Of a DNA stretch of 64,000 bases, positions 25,161 through 38,559 are shown piece after piece. Source of the DNA: Lama glama (lineage: Eukaryota); contig CM052817.1 in the NCBI GenBank assembly GCA_028534125.1, forward strand, positions 86,988,001 to 87,052,000, written 5' to 3'. The position numbers were made by a program, and so were the translations under genes. Positions within the stretch are counted from its first letter, which is position 1. Each line of letters begins with the position of its first letter. The notes under the pieces are model-generated. The model did no database searches and was not told the DNA's origin. It worked only from the letters and a program-made list of their open reading frames with translations.

Positions 25161-25599
25161 TAGACTCTAACAATGATAGTAAAATTGATCCCACAAACAC
25201 AATCTGAAGACTATGCATTTTCAGGCTACAATAGCCTCATTACATTTTCTCAAATGCAAGAATCAATTTGTAAAATATAAATTTTTTAGTAAATAAAATA
25301 CATATGACATCCTTATCAAGGGAGTCATTCAACAGAAAGGACTTCATCATACAATACATTTCTAAAAGACTTAGACTGCTCTCTTTTGCTACAAGGAAGA
25401 ATGGCAGTACCCTTTCGGCCTTTACAACATTTGTGCTCCAAGATATTCGTGAAACAAAGAGGTTTATTATACTTACTTTTTATTAAACTTTCTAATAAAG
25501 ATTTTTTTTTACTATCCCTTCATTCTTACTCTACATTATATAGAAAATGATTTCAAAATTCAAAGAGTCCTTTGGAGCCAGATGGTGATGGCTATTTCC

Positions 25600-25822
25600 T
25601 GGTACACTGAAGGCTAAGGATTTTCTTCCAGAAGCTGTCACTCAACAATTCACATATTTCACTATCCAGAACTCAGTCACATCTCCTGGTAAGGTGGCTG
25701 CCAGGAACTGCATAATTCATTTTGAATGATTATGTACTTGGCCAAAACACTTAGAGGTTTTTAATTCTAAAGGGGTAGGAGAGGGTAGATATTGGGGGAG
25801 ACATATTCCAGTCTCTGCCAAA
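25600..25822 (-). mobile_element. MaLR LTR (MLT1J-like)
   Basis: Reverse complement begins 'tggcagagactggaatatgtctcccccaatatc', matching the recalled MLT1J start. Confidence 0.65.
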
Positions 25823-28149
25823 GAGCCTATTCACATTTCCCCCTAACTTTGAATTAGAACATTTGACAAAGATGCTTGAATACTTACCCCTTGCAGGTAT
25901 GATTAAAACTGCACCAGGACCCAAAATTTGGCGCCCTTTATTTAAATGGGAAGGAAACAACAACTTATTATTTGTTTTACGTTTTCTAAACCTACTCTTA
26001 GGAATCCCTCCCCTCTGTTGTTATTGGAGTGAAGAGATTGTTAAACATTCTGGTTAAGGTATCTTGATCTGTAATTATTTGAGGCAGTTTTTCTGCATTT
26101 TAACCAGTCTCTTTAAAGCCACCTCCTTCTCCCTCTCTGCCTTTCCCAGAAGCTGTCTGAGTGTGAAAGTTTCTGCAACCCCTGGATGGAGGAGGAGACT
26201 CCATAACATAACACAGAGCTTATTCCTTTGTCCTTGAGTTGGACTCAGCTCCAAGATTGTTGGCTTGAGTGGTCTCCAAATTGCTTGTACTTGTATCTGT
26301 CAAGATGACCACTGATGAAATTTTCCATTCTCTCGTTGGGTGAGTGCCCAGTGCTTCTTCCTGCCAAATCCAGTTTTAATTGCAAAGACTCTTCCTGAGT
26401 TTCAGCCATGTCCTCCACCTGGAGCCCGGGTTAGAACATCCATTCATTATCACCCTTCAGGGTAACGTCATCTCTCTCCTTGCATGACACACTTATGTAT
26501 CTCAACTCAATCTTGAGCTATGCTGGAAATTTGAGGATCATTTTCCTGATGAATAGAACCTGTAAAACCCTCTGCAATACTACTCTGGTCCTCTCTCAGC
26601 CTGCCACGTCATGCTGTCATTTTTAGTTTGTTTTAGATCTTCTGGCTTATTTTGGGAATGCCTACTTAGTGGGCTTCTCACAAAATTCCAGAAGTGGATC
26701 AGGGTACAGTCAGTCTCTTGTCTTTCTATTTGAATTATGCAACATCTCACTTTCTAGGATCTGGTCTTGGAGGATAGGAGCAGGAACATCTTTGTCTGAT
26801 TATATGAATTCCTTACAACTATCCCCCCTTACTCTCCTCTCCTTCTCGGAACAGGCCTGTTCTATTTTACTTTTCGTCTTTATTTGGTGGAGACATTCTC
26901 TAGGCCATCATAGCCTTCTTCTCCAATTTGAATTCATCTCTTTCATCCCTTACAATTAAAAAAAGCACTAAAAAGGTAGGTGGTAAAACCTTAACTAGAA
27001 CTAAAATGATTACTTGAGAATATTTTAATCCTACTATGAAATTACCTGCAATTAATTAAGACCAAAAGGAACTATGAGAAAGTAGGGGTTTTTTAAAAAA
27101 AATTTTATATGATTTATATGCAAGTCAATTGTTAGATGCTCTTTGGTATACACAAAGTTGAAGACACATTATCTCACCTCTAGTCCCCAGTACATGGCCA
27201 ACCAGTTATAGAGAGGATATGTATAAAATTCTTAGGTGGTATATGGCATGACAAGTGAGTTCTATAGGAGCTGAGAAGTAGAGCCCATGATTTCGGACTA
27301 ACACAGAGCAGGCAGCACAAAGAGGTTGATATTTGAAGGGGACCTTAAATAAGTGCCCATTTAGTTAAATATAGAGTAGAATTGGGGATTATTTGGATTA
27401 AACTGTATTGCAATGAATAGCCAGTGCTCATTCTATCCATAATACCTAGACAATTATAAAGGCTCAACATGTTTTAAGTATTGATAATACTAGGTGATTC
27501 AATGGAAATGAAAGACAGAATGCATTTGTGGACCTGAAATTAAGGCACTATGAGAATTTTGATATTCTCATGAGTCATGAAGAGTAAACAAACTTTTGAG
27601 ATGGAAGTGGGCAAAACGGTTGCCCAAATATCCATTCCTCTACCCTGGGCAAACTCCCAGACCAGAAGTGGGTTTGTGAGGCATTACGCCCTGGCAAGTC
27701 TGTTTATTTGCTCTCACTCTCCCCTAGAACAGGGATGAACATGGCCTTCTGTGCTTCTATTGTGTGTAACTCCCCTGTGAATGCCAGAAAGTAAGTTTGC
27801 CAAGGTTTCGTAGTTTGCTGTCAGGCAAAGTGAGCTCGGACAGTACAAAGAGAACAAGAAGGAAGTAGCTTTTATAAACAGCTTTAAATGGATGTATTGA
27901 CTAATTCTAGTTAATTTTAGATCACTTCACAGAGAGATAGCCTTGGTTCTTCCCTTGATATATCGGCATGTCATGTGTCTTTAGAAAATATTCCTCAGAA
28001 AAATGTCATAGGTTTATCTTTGCCTCCTTCAGTTCTCATATAATCCAGAAAACCTTGTTAAAGGCCATCTGTGGTTCTTCTGACAAAAACAGCACCCTAT
28101 GAATCTGGAAATTCTCTCAAACATGTGGTTTAGATAAGAGATTTTACCT

Positions 28150-28503
28150 TAGAATCCCCCCAAAAAGGAAAAAGAAGACACAAATGAACTTATGCACAAA
28201 ACAGAAACAGACTCACAGACATAGTAAGCAATCTTCTGGTTATGGTGGGAAGAGGGTGGGAAGGGATAAATTTGGGAGTTTGAGATTTGCAAATGATAAC
28301 CACTGTACATAAAAATAGATAAACAACAAGTTTCTTCTGTACAGCTCAGGGAACTATATTCAATACCTTGTGGTAACCTACAATGAAAAAGAATATGAAA
28401 ATGAATATGTGTATGTATATGTACGACTGAAACAACATGCCGTACACCAGAAACCGACACATTGTAACTGACCATACTTCAATAAAAATAAAATAAAATA
28501 AAA
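28150..28503 (+). mobile_element. Lineage-specific L1 3' UTR with (AAAAT)n tail
   Basis: 'aaaacagaaacagactcacagacatag', 'cagggaactatattcaatacc', AATAAA and A-rich tail; same subfamily type as 40838-42211. Confidence 0.9.
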
Positions 28504-28779
28504 TCATAATAGATACAAAGGAAAGAAGCTTGGAAGTTAAGGTAGTCATTATTCCCTCCCCCAAGCACAGTTGCTTGGCCTGAACTAAGGATAAGTCAGG
28601 CCTGAACATCTGACTCAAACTGGGCAAATCAGCATCCTTTCCCAGGATAGCAGCCGGCACTGCCTTCCTGGTAGTGGGGGTACGAGGCGCTAGGGTGATT
28701 GGCAGCCCTGATTACGGCCATGCTGAAGAAGCTGGTCTGCACAAAAAAGAAGAAACATCCAGAAATGACAGACAAAAGC

Positions 28780-28892
28780 GAATAGTAAGAGGGAAAGGGG
28801 ATGGGGAAGGGGGAGAGAGATGAGAGAAAGAAAGAAAGATGAACAGAGTGATGGAGGGAAGGAGAGAGGGAAGGAGAGAAGAAGGGGAGAGA
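28780..28892. repeat. Polypurine (GA-rich) low-complexity tract
   Basis: Read directly. Confidence 0.85.
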
Positions 28893-29954
28893 TGGGTCTG
28901 CGAAATCCCCTTTCTTGCTTAAGAACATATCAAATTAGTTGTGTCTCACTTGTAGTTGAAAAGTTTCCACGATTACATCTCAGCTTTCTGGAATTGATGC
29001 TGATTTCTTATAGTGCCCATGATGATTTTTAAATGACAGTTTAGCTAACATGTGTATTTGAGACTCATGTACAATTTGTTTTCAAATTAAATTCACACTT
29101 TAGTCACAAAAATTACTAAGCTCTGATTACCAAATACAGATTCAATATTTATTATGTGAATAAAAAATTAGCCACTTTAAATCATTGACCTAGGAACTGC
29201 ATTTGAAAACAAGTTGGAATAAGAATACTGCAGGAGTTTTTCTCTCTCGTTTTATAAATCAGTCTCTCTTAGTATTTTCTAACTAGCTTTTCCGCACTTT
29301 GTGTTTTATGTTTTGAGTCTACCTTCTAAGTTTCATATTAGCAAGATAATTTAACTTATGTGTTTATACAGACTATCATCACCTTATCTCTGAGATTTTC
29401 AAATTAAATAGTGTTCTGTAATAATGAATCACACAGTGGAGTAAATTAGTAGCTTGCATATGACTCTCACTGAGTTAGTGAAAGTATTGAACAAATGAGC
29501 AAATATATTAACATGTTTTAATATTTTGTCAGCTCTGTTCAATTAAATACCTGATTATAGCACTTAAAATAGCAGTTTTAAAACGTTAAAAAGTTGTAGT
29601 GTTACTGAAGAAAAGATATCAAATAGATTGTTTTCTACTTTTCTATTATAATTGCAATTTTATCACCTGGGATATCTTTTTTCTTTCTTTCAATGAGTTT
29701 TTTCTTCCAATGAGTAGCACATCATGATTTTAAGAACTAACACTTAAAAAGAAGCAAAAGCAAACATTTGTCTATAACTTCTGCATAATGAAAAATATCA
29801 CTGGTGGTCATTCTTAGCATTCAATATTGAGGAAAATGAAAATATGCTTATTTTATTAAAGATGATACTCTAGTTATTAGAAATGAATTAATTCTTACAA
29901 ATGAAGTGTAGGTTGACAATTCAGCTAAGTATTTCTTATTTGATTTAAACATTA

Positions 29955-30043
29955 TTTCTTTTCTTCTTACTTCAGTTGTTCTTTTTTCCCCTCCCTCTTT
30001 TCCTCCCTCCTTCCCTCCTTTTCTCCGTTTCTCCTTTCCTTTC
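29955..30043. repeat. Polypyrimidine (CT-rich) tract
   Basis: Read directly. Confidence 0.85.
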
Positions 30044-30044
30044 A

Positions 30045-30930
30045 CAAATGGTACCGCGTGCTCATCCTGTACCAAAGACTCTGCTAGGAGAAGGGAACAA
30101 GTAAGTAAGAAATTGCAAAACAGGGCAAGTTCTCCTACAAGCATAAAAGTTTGGCCCTAAGGTTTCATAAATTCACGTATGAAATGTTCAAAACTGAGTG
30201 TGCTAGAGGTGGAGAGGCAATCCCAAGGAAGGATAATTTAAACTGATGATGAGTATATATCAAAGAAAAAGAAGGTGAGTGTCAGGGGAAAACATTTCCC
30301 AGAAAGAAAATAGCCTTCTCAGAGGTAAAAAGTTGAGCTAGAACATAATGACCTGGCACTTCAGTGGTACTGAAAATAATTTAGAAACATACTTAGCATG
30401 CTGCCCTGGGTCTTGATTCTGAACAACTTGTAAATCATGTTAAGAAGTTTTGACCTAAATCTGAACAATTAAAGGGTTTAAACAAAAGATCGGTATAATA
30501 AGTTTGGCACTGGGTGAAGGATAGATTGAATGATGGGTTTAACAACCAAGCCCAGGGAGACTAATTTGAGGTTGTTTCTGCAAGGCAGGTGAGATAGTGG
30601 CCAGAATAGGAACAGAAACAACAGACACTGAGAAAATTAAATCACACTGGGAGAAATCTGGGAGGTGAAATTGATAGAAATTAGTAACTGTGTTCGGAGT
30701 TAAGAGCATGGGGAAAACAAGTCCAAAGTTTGTAGCTTAAGGACCACTGTCCTTTGCTGTCATAAGGAGCATAGGTTTTGAAGGTAAAATGATTCATAAA
30801 TGTATATGGGGACATGACATTTAATAAGACTTAAGCAGGAGATAATCATTTTACAGAGCATAGAGGTAACTGAACACCCTCTGTGTGTCTAGAGAGACAG
30901 CATACAGAATACCAAGGGCCAAGGTAAGAC
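30045..30930 (-). mobile_element. L2 LINE fragment
   Basis: Reverse L2 motifs ('aacatttcccagaaagaaaatagc', 'cttgtaaatcatgttaagaagtttt', 'tctgggaggtgaaattgatagaa'). Confidence 0.7.
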
Positions 30931-32849
30931 AAGATAGAGAGATCCAGCCGTGTTCGCAGTGAAGATTTTATCACATATTTTGTTTCTCTCTATACATATC
31001 AGTTTATGTTGGCTTTATACTGGAATTAAGTTCAAAGTTCAGTGCTAATTATTAATCTGTGTCAAGTAAATGAGTGGAATACAAAACTATAATAGGACAT
31101 GAGTGGGAAAGCAGAACTCATGGAGCTGGACACTCCAATTGAAGTCTATCACTGAACAAGTGACACAACCCTCGCAGCCCCTGTCCCAGAACAGAAAAAA
31201 ATCCAGTGTACAGAACAGGGAAAAAACATGATCAGGTATTATTAGACCAGGGAGAGGCCACACTGGGAGATCAATCTACTCTCTATCAACTCCCAGAATC
31301 CCTACAGAATTCTGACAAATAGCTAGCCAGCTGTATTTTATTTCTAGAAAACAAAATCTACTGCATCCAAGACTTCCTTCTGATTGTAAAGTAGAAACCC
31401 CATCTTAAACAAAGTGATTTCAATTCAGTGAAACTTGTGTTTGATAAGCTCATCTTGACTACTGAATCAACTACGGAAGTACTAAAATTACTACAAAACA
31501 GGAAAGAGAGAGAATATAAATCCCCAGCACTTAAAATGGACTTTTCTTGAGAATGCAACCATGGTTCCACAAATAGATTTTAAGATAAATAATGCAATAC
31601 TGGATGTCATATTTACTTTTAGCTTAAACCATGTAGAATATTGAATATTATATAGAATAAAGAATATTGAATATTTGATCTTTATCCAACTCCACATGAT
31701 AATTTAGAGGACCATATTATGCCTCAATTTGTGTTACTATATGTATCTTTAAATGTATTTACAAATTGGAAAATTTTAATAAACTATTTTGACACGTAAA
31801 TTAATTTTATATAAAATAACATTATTGAGTAATGGTAAAGGAAATTTGCTTACTGAATTACTAGTGAAATTCATAATGAAATATGCTTTCCTTTAAAGGA
31901 AATTTCCTTAGTCATTATGTTGTAGCATGAGTTTCCATAAGCTATATCTTTTAGTCCAAAGTACTTTAAAAACAAATGCTTTCAACCTGTTTCCTACTGT
32001 TATGTTTCATATACATCTGGCTCTTTGGGGCTGCAAATATACAACTAAAGTATTGAAATCCGTAACTTTATATATTTTTTTAATATCTTGGCCATAAACA
32101 TCAATGAAAGTTTAGAAGTCTTGTATACTAATATTAAAGTCATAAATTATATTTTAAAGGTGAAGCTTTATCACAAACATATATACTTTAATTTGTTCAT
32201 ACTTTGCAGTTTCTTTAGATATACACTATAATTTATTGGTCACTATACTCAAAACTATATAAGAAAAAAGAAGTATTTAAAAAACTTTCACTGGTTTTAC
32301 ATTAGCTTTCTTAGCTCTCTGGCATCAATAGTTCAGCTTCTCTGCACTTCTCATATCTAGATGGTACAAACAATAGAATGCACTGGTTGGGAGGAAAACA
32401 ATATCTGGTAAATGTAAATATCAAGTAAATGATTAAGAAATTTCACCCGGTCAATCCTGGAAAATGTTCAGATATTAGCAAATTAAAACCAAAATAATTT
32501 TTCCCATTTTAATAGAAACCTGTACTTAATGGCCACTGTGGCCATGAGTGTGATTCTGTCCTTAACTGGCATTTAAAAATTGGATCAACTATAATATAAT
32601 AATTAATTTATGACATACATAGGTTAATCAAATAAACAGATTTTATTGGCATATTATGAATACTTCATATCACTTCCATAGGAATTAGAGTACTATATTT
32701 AATATCAGACTCTCCTGCTTTTACCTTTTATATGGCTGAAATCTTGTTAATTCAATGATTTTTAAGTTTTTTAGTTTTAATATATTCAGCATTTACAGAA
32801 TTCTCACTTAACAAATATCTCTTTCCTGACCTAGGTAAGTCTACCTAAT

Positions 32850-33022
32850 TTAACCTCATGAAATATATGCTATTTTCATATCCCTATTTTGTAAGCAGAC
32901 TAAAGCTCAGAGGGCTTAAGTATCTTGCCGAAGGCCGTAGAACTAGAAAATGGAAGATGAGACTCCGTGCGTAGTTCTTTTAAATTCATATCTAGTGTTA
33001 CTTCCATTATAATTCCGCTGCC
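32850..33022 (-). mobile_element. MIR SINE
   Basis: 'atccctattttgtaagcagactaaagctcagagggcttaagtatcttgccgaaggcc'. Confidence 0.75.
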
Positions 33023-33499
33023 TTGGTAAAGTAATTAATTTTTCTGGAAGTCATATTAAAATTAGAATGCTAAATTATTAATTTATTATAAATGATAAGA
33101 TTATCAAATGAAAAAAATATTAGTAGTTGATAAATTCTTTCTTTCCCTACAAAAGACTCACAGTTTTTTCTTTTAATGATCCTGAAGTACTGAGTTTCAA
33201 GAGTTGTTTTCATAAGACTGTAGTAATTCAAATTTTAATTGTATTATTACAGAGATATAAGTGCCAAGTCAGGCCCATGCATTGTGTACTATGGTAAATA
33301 CATTGGTATAATGTTTTAGGTGACTTGAATTTCTCTTCAAACCACTTAAAATTTTTTTCCTCTTTCTTTCTTTTTTTTTTACAATTGCCTCTTTTTCTTA
33401 ATTTTTTTTGACTAATACGTATCTGCCAAAATTCATTCTTTTCTCAGCCTCTTTTGAATTTTAAAACCTAGAGTTTAGGGGTTAAGATTATTCCCCAGC

Positions 33500-33973
33500 T
33501 GTGATGGTTAATTTGCTGTTAATTTGACAGTATTAAAGGATGCCCAGAGAGCTGGGGAGCACTATTTCTGGGTGTGTCTGTGAAGGTGTTTCCAGAAGAG
33601 ATTAGTTTCTGAGTTGGTAGGCTGAGTAAACAAAAACACTCTTACCAGTGCAGGTTAACATCATCCAATCTTTTGAGGGCCTGAATAGAACAATAGCATG
33701 GAAGAAGGACGAATTTTCTCTCTAGTTGAGATGGGCATCCATCTTGTCCTGACCTTGAACACTGGCATTCCTGACTTTCAGGCCTTCTGACTCAAGCTGA
33801 ATTACAACACTCGCTTTCCTGGGTCTACGGTTTGCAGGTGGTAAATCATGGAAGTTCTCAGCCTCCATAATTGCATGAGTCAAGTCCTATAATAAATTTC
33901 TCTGTCTCTCTGTCTCTTTGTATATACATATGTCCTTTTGGTTCTGTTTCTGTGGAGAACCCTAACTAATATA
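33500..33973 (+). mobile_element. Solo ERVL LTR (MLT2B-like), full length
   Basis: Starts tgtgatggttaattt and ends ggagaaccctaactaatata; contains AATAAA. 5-bp TSD ccagc (33495-33499) / ctagc (33974-33978). Confidence 0.92.
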
Positions 33974-34091
33974 CTAGCTCTTACAATTGTGTTCTTCTGT
34001 AACTTAAAATTTTTTCATTGTTCTCAGAATTATTTATTGATGTTTGTTAATATTTGGCTGGGTTGTTAATCTCTTGGGAATTAGATTTTTT

Positions 34092-34145
34092 AAAATACCC
34101 CCTTCACCCATTTCTCTCTCTCTCTCTCTCTCTTTTTTTTTTTTT
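34092..34145. repeat. (CT)n plus poly-T simple repeat
   Basis: Read directly; the repeat core lies at about 34113-34145. Confidence 0.85.
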
Positions 34146-35193
34146 GATTTAAGACACTTAAAATCTTTCAACTGGATAAAAGATCTATTAGCAGCTCTTT
34201 AATAAGAAAGTCCAAAAAGCTTTTAAAAATATTTTATATCCCACTTTTGGAAAATACAAACTTTTATCATAATAAATATTAAAATAGGGCTCAAGAAAGT
34301 TGATGTTCTCTTTCTCTAATTATGCAGTGTTTTATAAATAATTCATAGTTAAATGTTGCAGAACAAAAATGCTTCAAATAAAATGTTTTTAAATAGTTTT
34401 TTATTTCAGATGTTTTAAATATTTTGTATATTTTTTATTATTGGAATCTTTTTTTAATTAACAAAATTTATATAGGAATTATACCAAAATTGCTACTTCA
34501 TATATATATTACCTTGACATATTTCTTTGCATATCCCAAATTGATGTTATAAGAAATTATATAAAATTTCTGATTCATCAGAAGTTAAATGTGTTACCTT
34601 TTTAAAATTCCATATTGTACTCATTGAAATTTATTCTAAATCATATCTTCAGATCAAACACATTCCCTAAAATCTAGATAAGAAAAAGATTAAGCAAGTA
34701 ATAGCGAAAAGCCTAATTAGCGTATTTCACCTTCATCATCAAACATAAGCAGAGAAGTGATCAAAACCTTTTAATGGTCAGAAGTGGGCAAGTTTGCGGG
34801 CATTATCTTTCATCTAAAATACTCTTTTCTGCACAATTTCTGAAGGTTAGTTTTTGGCCTTGTTTGGAAGAGGTTCAAAAATTTTAGATTTAAAAGAAAA
34901 TCATAGAATGATATTTTTAAAACTTCACTTCATGCATACATTTTTCATAACAAAGTATATGAAAGAACTTCATAAGTGGAAGAAATTAATTCTAAAAAGT
35001 TATTAAAAATTGATTCATAGGATTTATTTGCAGTTTGTGACTGGCCAAACAAATCTGTTTCTTTGGAGTGATAGCTTTGAACAACTACATGAAGTCATTA
35101 CTCCTGCATTAATATATGTATACACACACACACATTTTGTCCATTTATTACTATAAGGTTTGTGTTTTTATATGTGTACATAATTGGTCCTCA

Positions 35194-35693
35194 NNNNNNN
35201 NNNNNNNNNNNNNNNNNNNNNNNNNNNNNNNNNNNNNNNNNNNNNNNNNNNNNNNNNNNNNNNNNNNNNNNNNNNNNNNNNNNNNNNNNNNNNNNNNNNN
35301 NNNNNNNNNNNNNNNNNNNNNNNNNNNNNNNNNNNNNNNNNNNNNNNNNNNNNNNNNNNNNNNNNNNNNNNNNNNNNNNNNNNNNNNNNNNNNNNNNNNN
35401 NNNNNNNNNNNNNNNNNNNNNNNNNNNNNNNNNNNNNNNNNNNNNNNNNNNNNNNNNNNNNNNNNNNNNNNNNNNNNNNNNNNNNNNNNNNNNNNNNNNN
35501 NNNNNNNNNNNNNNNNNNNNNNNNNNNNNNNNNNNNNNNNNNNNNNNNNNNNNNNNNNNNNNNNNNNNNNNNNNNNNNNNNNNNNNNNNNNNNNNNNNNN
35601 NNNNNNNNNNNNNNNNNNNNNNNNNNNNNNNNNNNNNNNNNNNNNNNNNNNNNNNNNNNNNNNNNNNNNNNNNNNNNNNNNNNNNNNNNNNNN
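35194..35693. other. Assembly gap (exactly 500 N)
   Basis: N run read directly. Confidence 0.99.
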
Positions 35694-36664
35694 GATTGCA
35701 CACAGGATTTCTGTTTGCAAATCAATGAAATATTTTATGTGCTATGAACATGTAAGGAAACACAGCTATTATCACTGAGAAGCCAAGAGTGAAAGGCCAG
35801 GCATTTGTCTTCAATAAGATACTGAAATGTATTTGCCCTTTTTCAGGTGGTAAGAAAATGTCAAACTATTTAACACTTTCTCTCCTTTTACTTCTGCCCT
35901 CCTTCAGAAATACATTTTTATGTACCGCAAGGTATTAACATCACTGTGAGGTCTGCAGTGGAGGAAGAAAGTAAGATGCTGAAATGAAATGCAATTAAGT
36001 TCTAAGGAAAGGAAAAGAATATGATAACTATGGTTTAAAGACTTCTATTTCATTATATGTTAACAGCATGCTATTTAAACGTCAAATATGGTATCACAGA
36101 AAAGCAGAATAGACACTCTAGTGCTGATCAACAATGATTTGAGGACAGAGAGTCTATACAATATAATAAACCAATTTTGTAGCAAAATAAAGCAACATAT
36201 GAACACGTTCTTGAATGAAGTGTGCACCGGAGATGCACTATGGGAGAAATGATGTTTAAAGTAACTCCTTGAAAGCAAGAGGAGGGCTGACTATTGCCTT
36301 GAAGTTAAATAATACAATGGCTATGCAGGGGGTATGTTCAGAAGGCAATATATTATTGTAACTAGCAACAGCTATTTCAGGTTTGAAAATTGTCTGCTTA
36401 ATAAATTCTTGCTTTTCATTCAAAGGAAAGAAAGGGAGATATATCTACATATATTCATTTTGAGGAAAGTGAGGTGATTAGAATTTACTTGACTTAATGA
36501 AGGTCAGCAGTGCTAAGGGGGAGCGTGGCTGAGGATGTAGCTCACGCTTGACAGTCCCAATCACGCCTTTTCTCAGTCCAAAGGGAAGGTAAGCAAACTG
36601 TTTGCCACAATCATAATGCTCTTTAGTTGAGGGCTATCTTACTTTGGTGCTGGAATCTTAACAC

Positions 36665-36850
36665 TGAGCTTAAAGCACGGGGGTCTGGAGTTAGAATAGA
36701 TGTGAACTCTTCTGTAAGTTACATACTTGGTGATTTCAGCCAAAACTTTCTGTGTGTTTGTTTTCCCTCTGCCATACCCAAAAAGGATGTGGATACATTT
36801 ACGTTAAATTATGGATGTAAAATTCTTTGCTAAATATCAGTACACAATAC
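36665..36850 (+). mobile_element. MIR SINE
   Basis: 'ttaaagcacgggggtctggagttagaataga...cttggtgatttcagccaaaactttctgtgtgtttgttttccctctg'. Confidence 0.65.
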
Positions 36851-38349
36851 ATTTTCAATTCAGAATAAGTTATTTCTACTTCTGGTTTTATTTACATTTT
36901 TCAACATCTCTGGAATGATTGTTTTTTTAAAAACTATATCTGATTCATCTGCATTCTTTAATAGGTACTTAAAATAGCTCTTTAAAGAATGAATGGATAG
37001 ATGGGTAGATGGAAATTACTTTCAAACATATTGTAAGCAGAAAGGCTGTGTAACACTCTATATGTAAAATTTAAGTTTCCATTTTTTTCCTAGAGCTTTT
37101 TATCTCTAGGGCAGAATTCCAGAAATATATGATCTTTTTGCCCAAAGCTTTCTTTGTTACATAAAATCCCGAACAATTCAGGGGTTAAGGTTGAAATGCC
37201 GCAGATAGGAGGATGCCTTCCATGGGATGAAACTGACTCAATATCTGGCCTCTTATGTATTCATGATATTAAACATATAAACCTTTACAAAAATTCAGTC
37301 TTTATTATTTGAAAGATATATGATTATTTGTCTATTCTGTAGCACTTTTTTCAAATAGTTTGTGTTACATGAACAGTGTTATTTGGGAGAAGAGAAATCA
37401 ACACATGAAAGCTCATTAAAACCAGATGCTCCTCCTTCCAAACTAGACATTAAATGAAAGATACCAATAAAATAAAATTGATATAGCATGTAATCTTTAT
37501 ATATACACATCTCAGCAGTGAAATTTGACATAATTCACTAACTTCCTCATGGCATTTTATTTTTGCATCTTAAAACCTAGGCTGATGTTCATTTGGATAA
37601 ATTTAGAAAGCTAATGCCTCATTTTATGCAAGAGAGGTGTAAGATTAAGTAGAGTAGAAACCTTGCTAATTATCACTTCTCTGATCTACACACCTGATAC
37701 TTCTTGCAAGAAGTTTTTAGCAAATATTAAAAGGAGGTCATATATCAAACTATTATTTTCGTATTGTCACAGTTAAGTAGAAATTTGAAAAAATATATGT
37801 GAATTTACCATTTTAGAAAAAACTTTTGGTATATATATTTTACAATGTTACTGATTAAATATAATGTCAAGAAATTGTTGGGAAATATTTTTATATGATT
37901 TCACTCTATTCTTCCTCTTTCTCTCCATCACAAACACATTTCTGTATTTATTCCCAAACTTCTTCAGGGCTTTGTAGATGGCCGTCTCCTAGGAAGTCGT
38001 CCAACCATAACCTCCAAGAAACTAGGTATGAGGACTGCTTCAAGGCCACTCTGCTTCGGTTTTATTTTTGGAAACAAAGTTTCTAAAACAAAAGTACAGA
38101 GACGTAACAGATATTCATCTGACAGTGAGAAGAGAATACAGATCTTAAGAGTACAAGGTTCTACTTTTTCCTTCCATTACAAGCTATTTTGTTTAATTTG
38201 CCCAGGTAACTACCTCAGCATTTAAAAAATATATTTCATATATATATTTCATATATATATGTATATTTAATTGGGAAGTACAACACACATAGAAAAAAGT
38301 GATTGAAGCATCAAGTACATCTCAGGGAGGTATTACAAAGTGACTACAG

Positions 38350-38504
38350 AGGCAAGGTCAGCCTCGTGGATCTTGCCTCACCTCGGAAGGGTCCTGTACT
38401 GAGTTTAACACTATAATGTAACCTTGAAATTCCTAGTAGTTTTGAACAAGGGGCCCAACGTTTGTATTTTGCATTGGGCCCCACACATTTTGCAGCCAGC
38501 CCTG
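38350..38504. mobile_element. hAT-Tip100 MITE (MER91A-like)
   Basis: 'ttgaaattcctagtagttttgaacaaggggcccaacgtttgtattttgcattgggccccacacattttgcagccagccctg'. Confidence 0.8.
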
Positions 38505-38559
38505 TATCAGATGAATAAATAGCACGCTACTAGCAACTCAAAAGCCCCCTTTTTGTTTC

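Noticed and set aside
35116..35778. Six overlapping 170-220 aa ORFs
   Set aside because: Artefacts of the 500-N gap.
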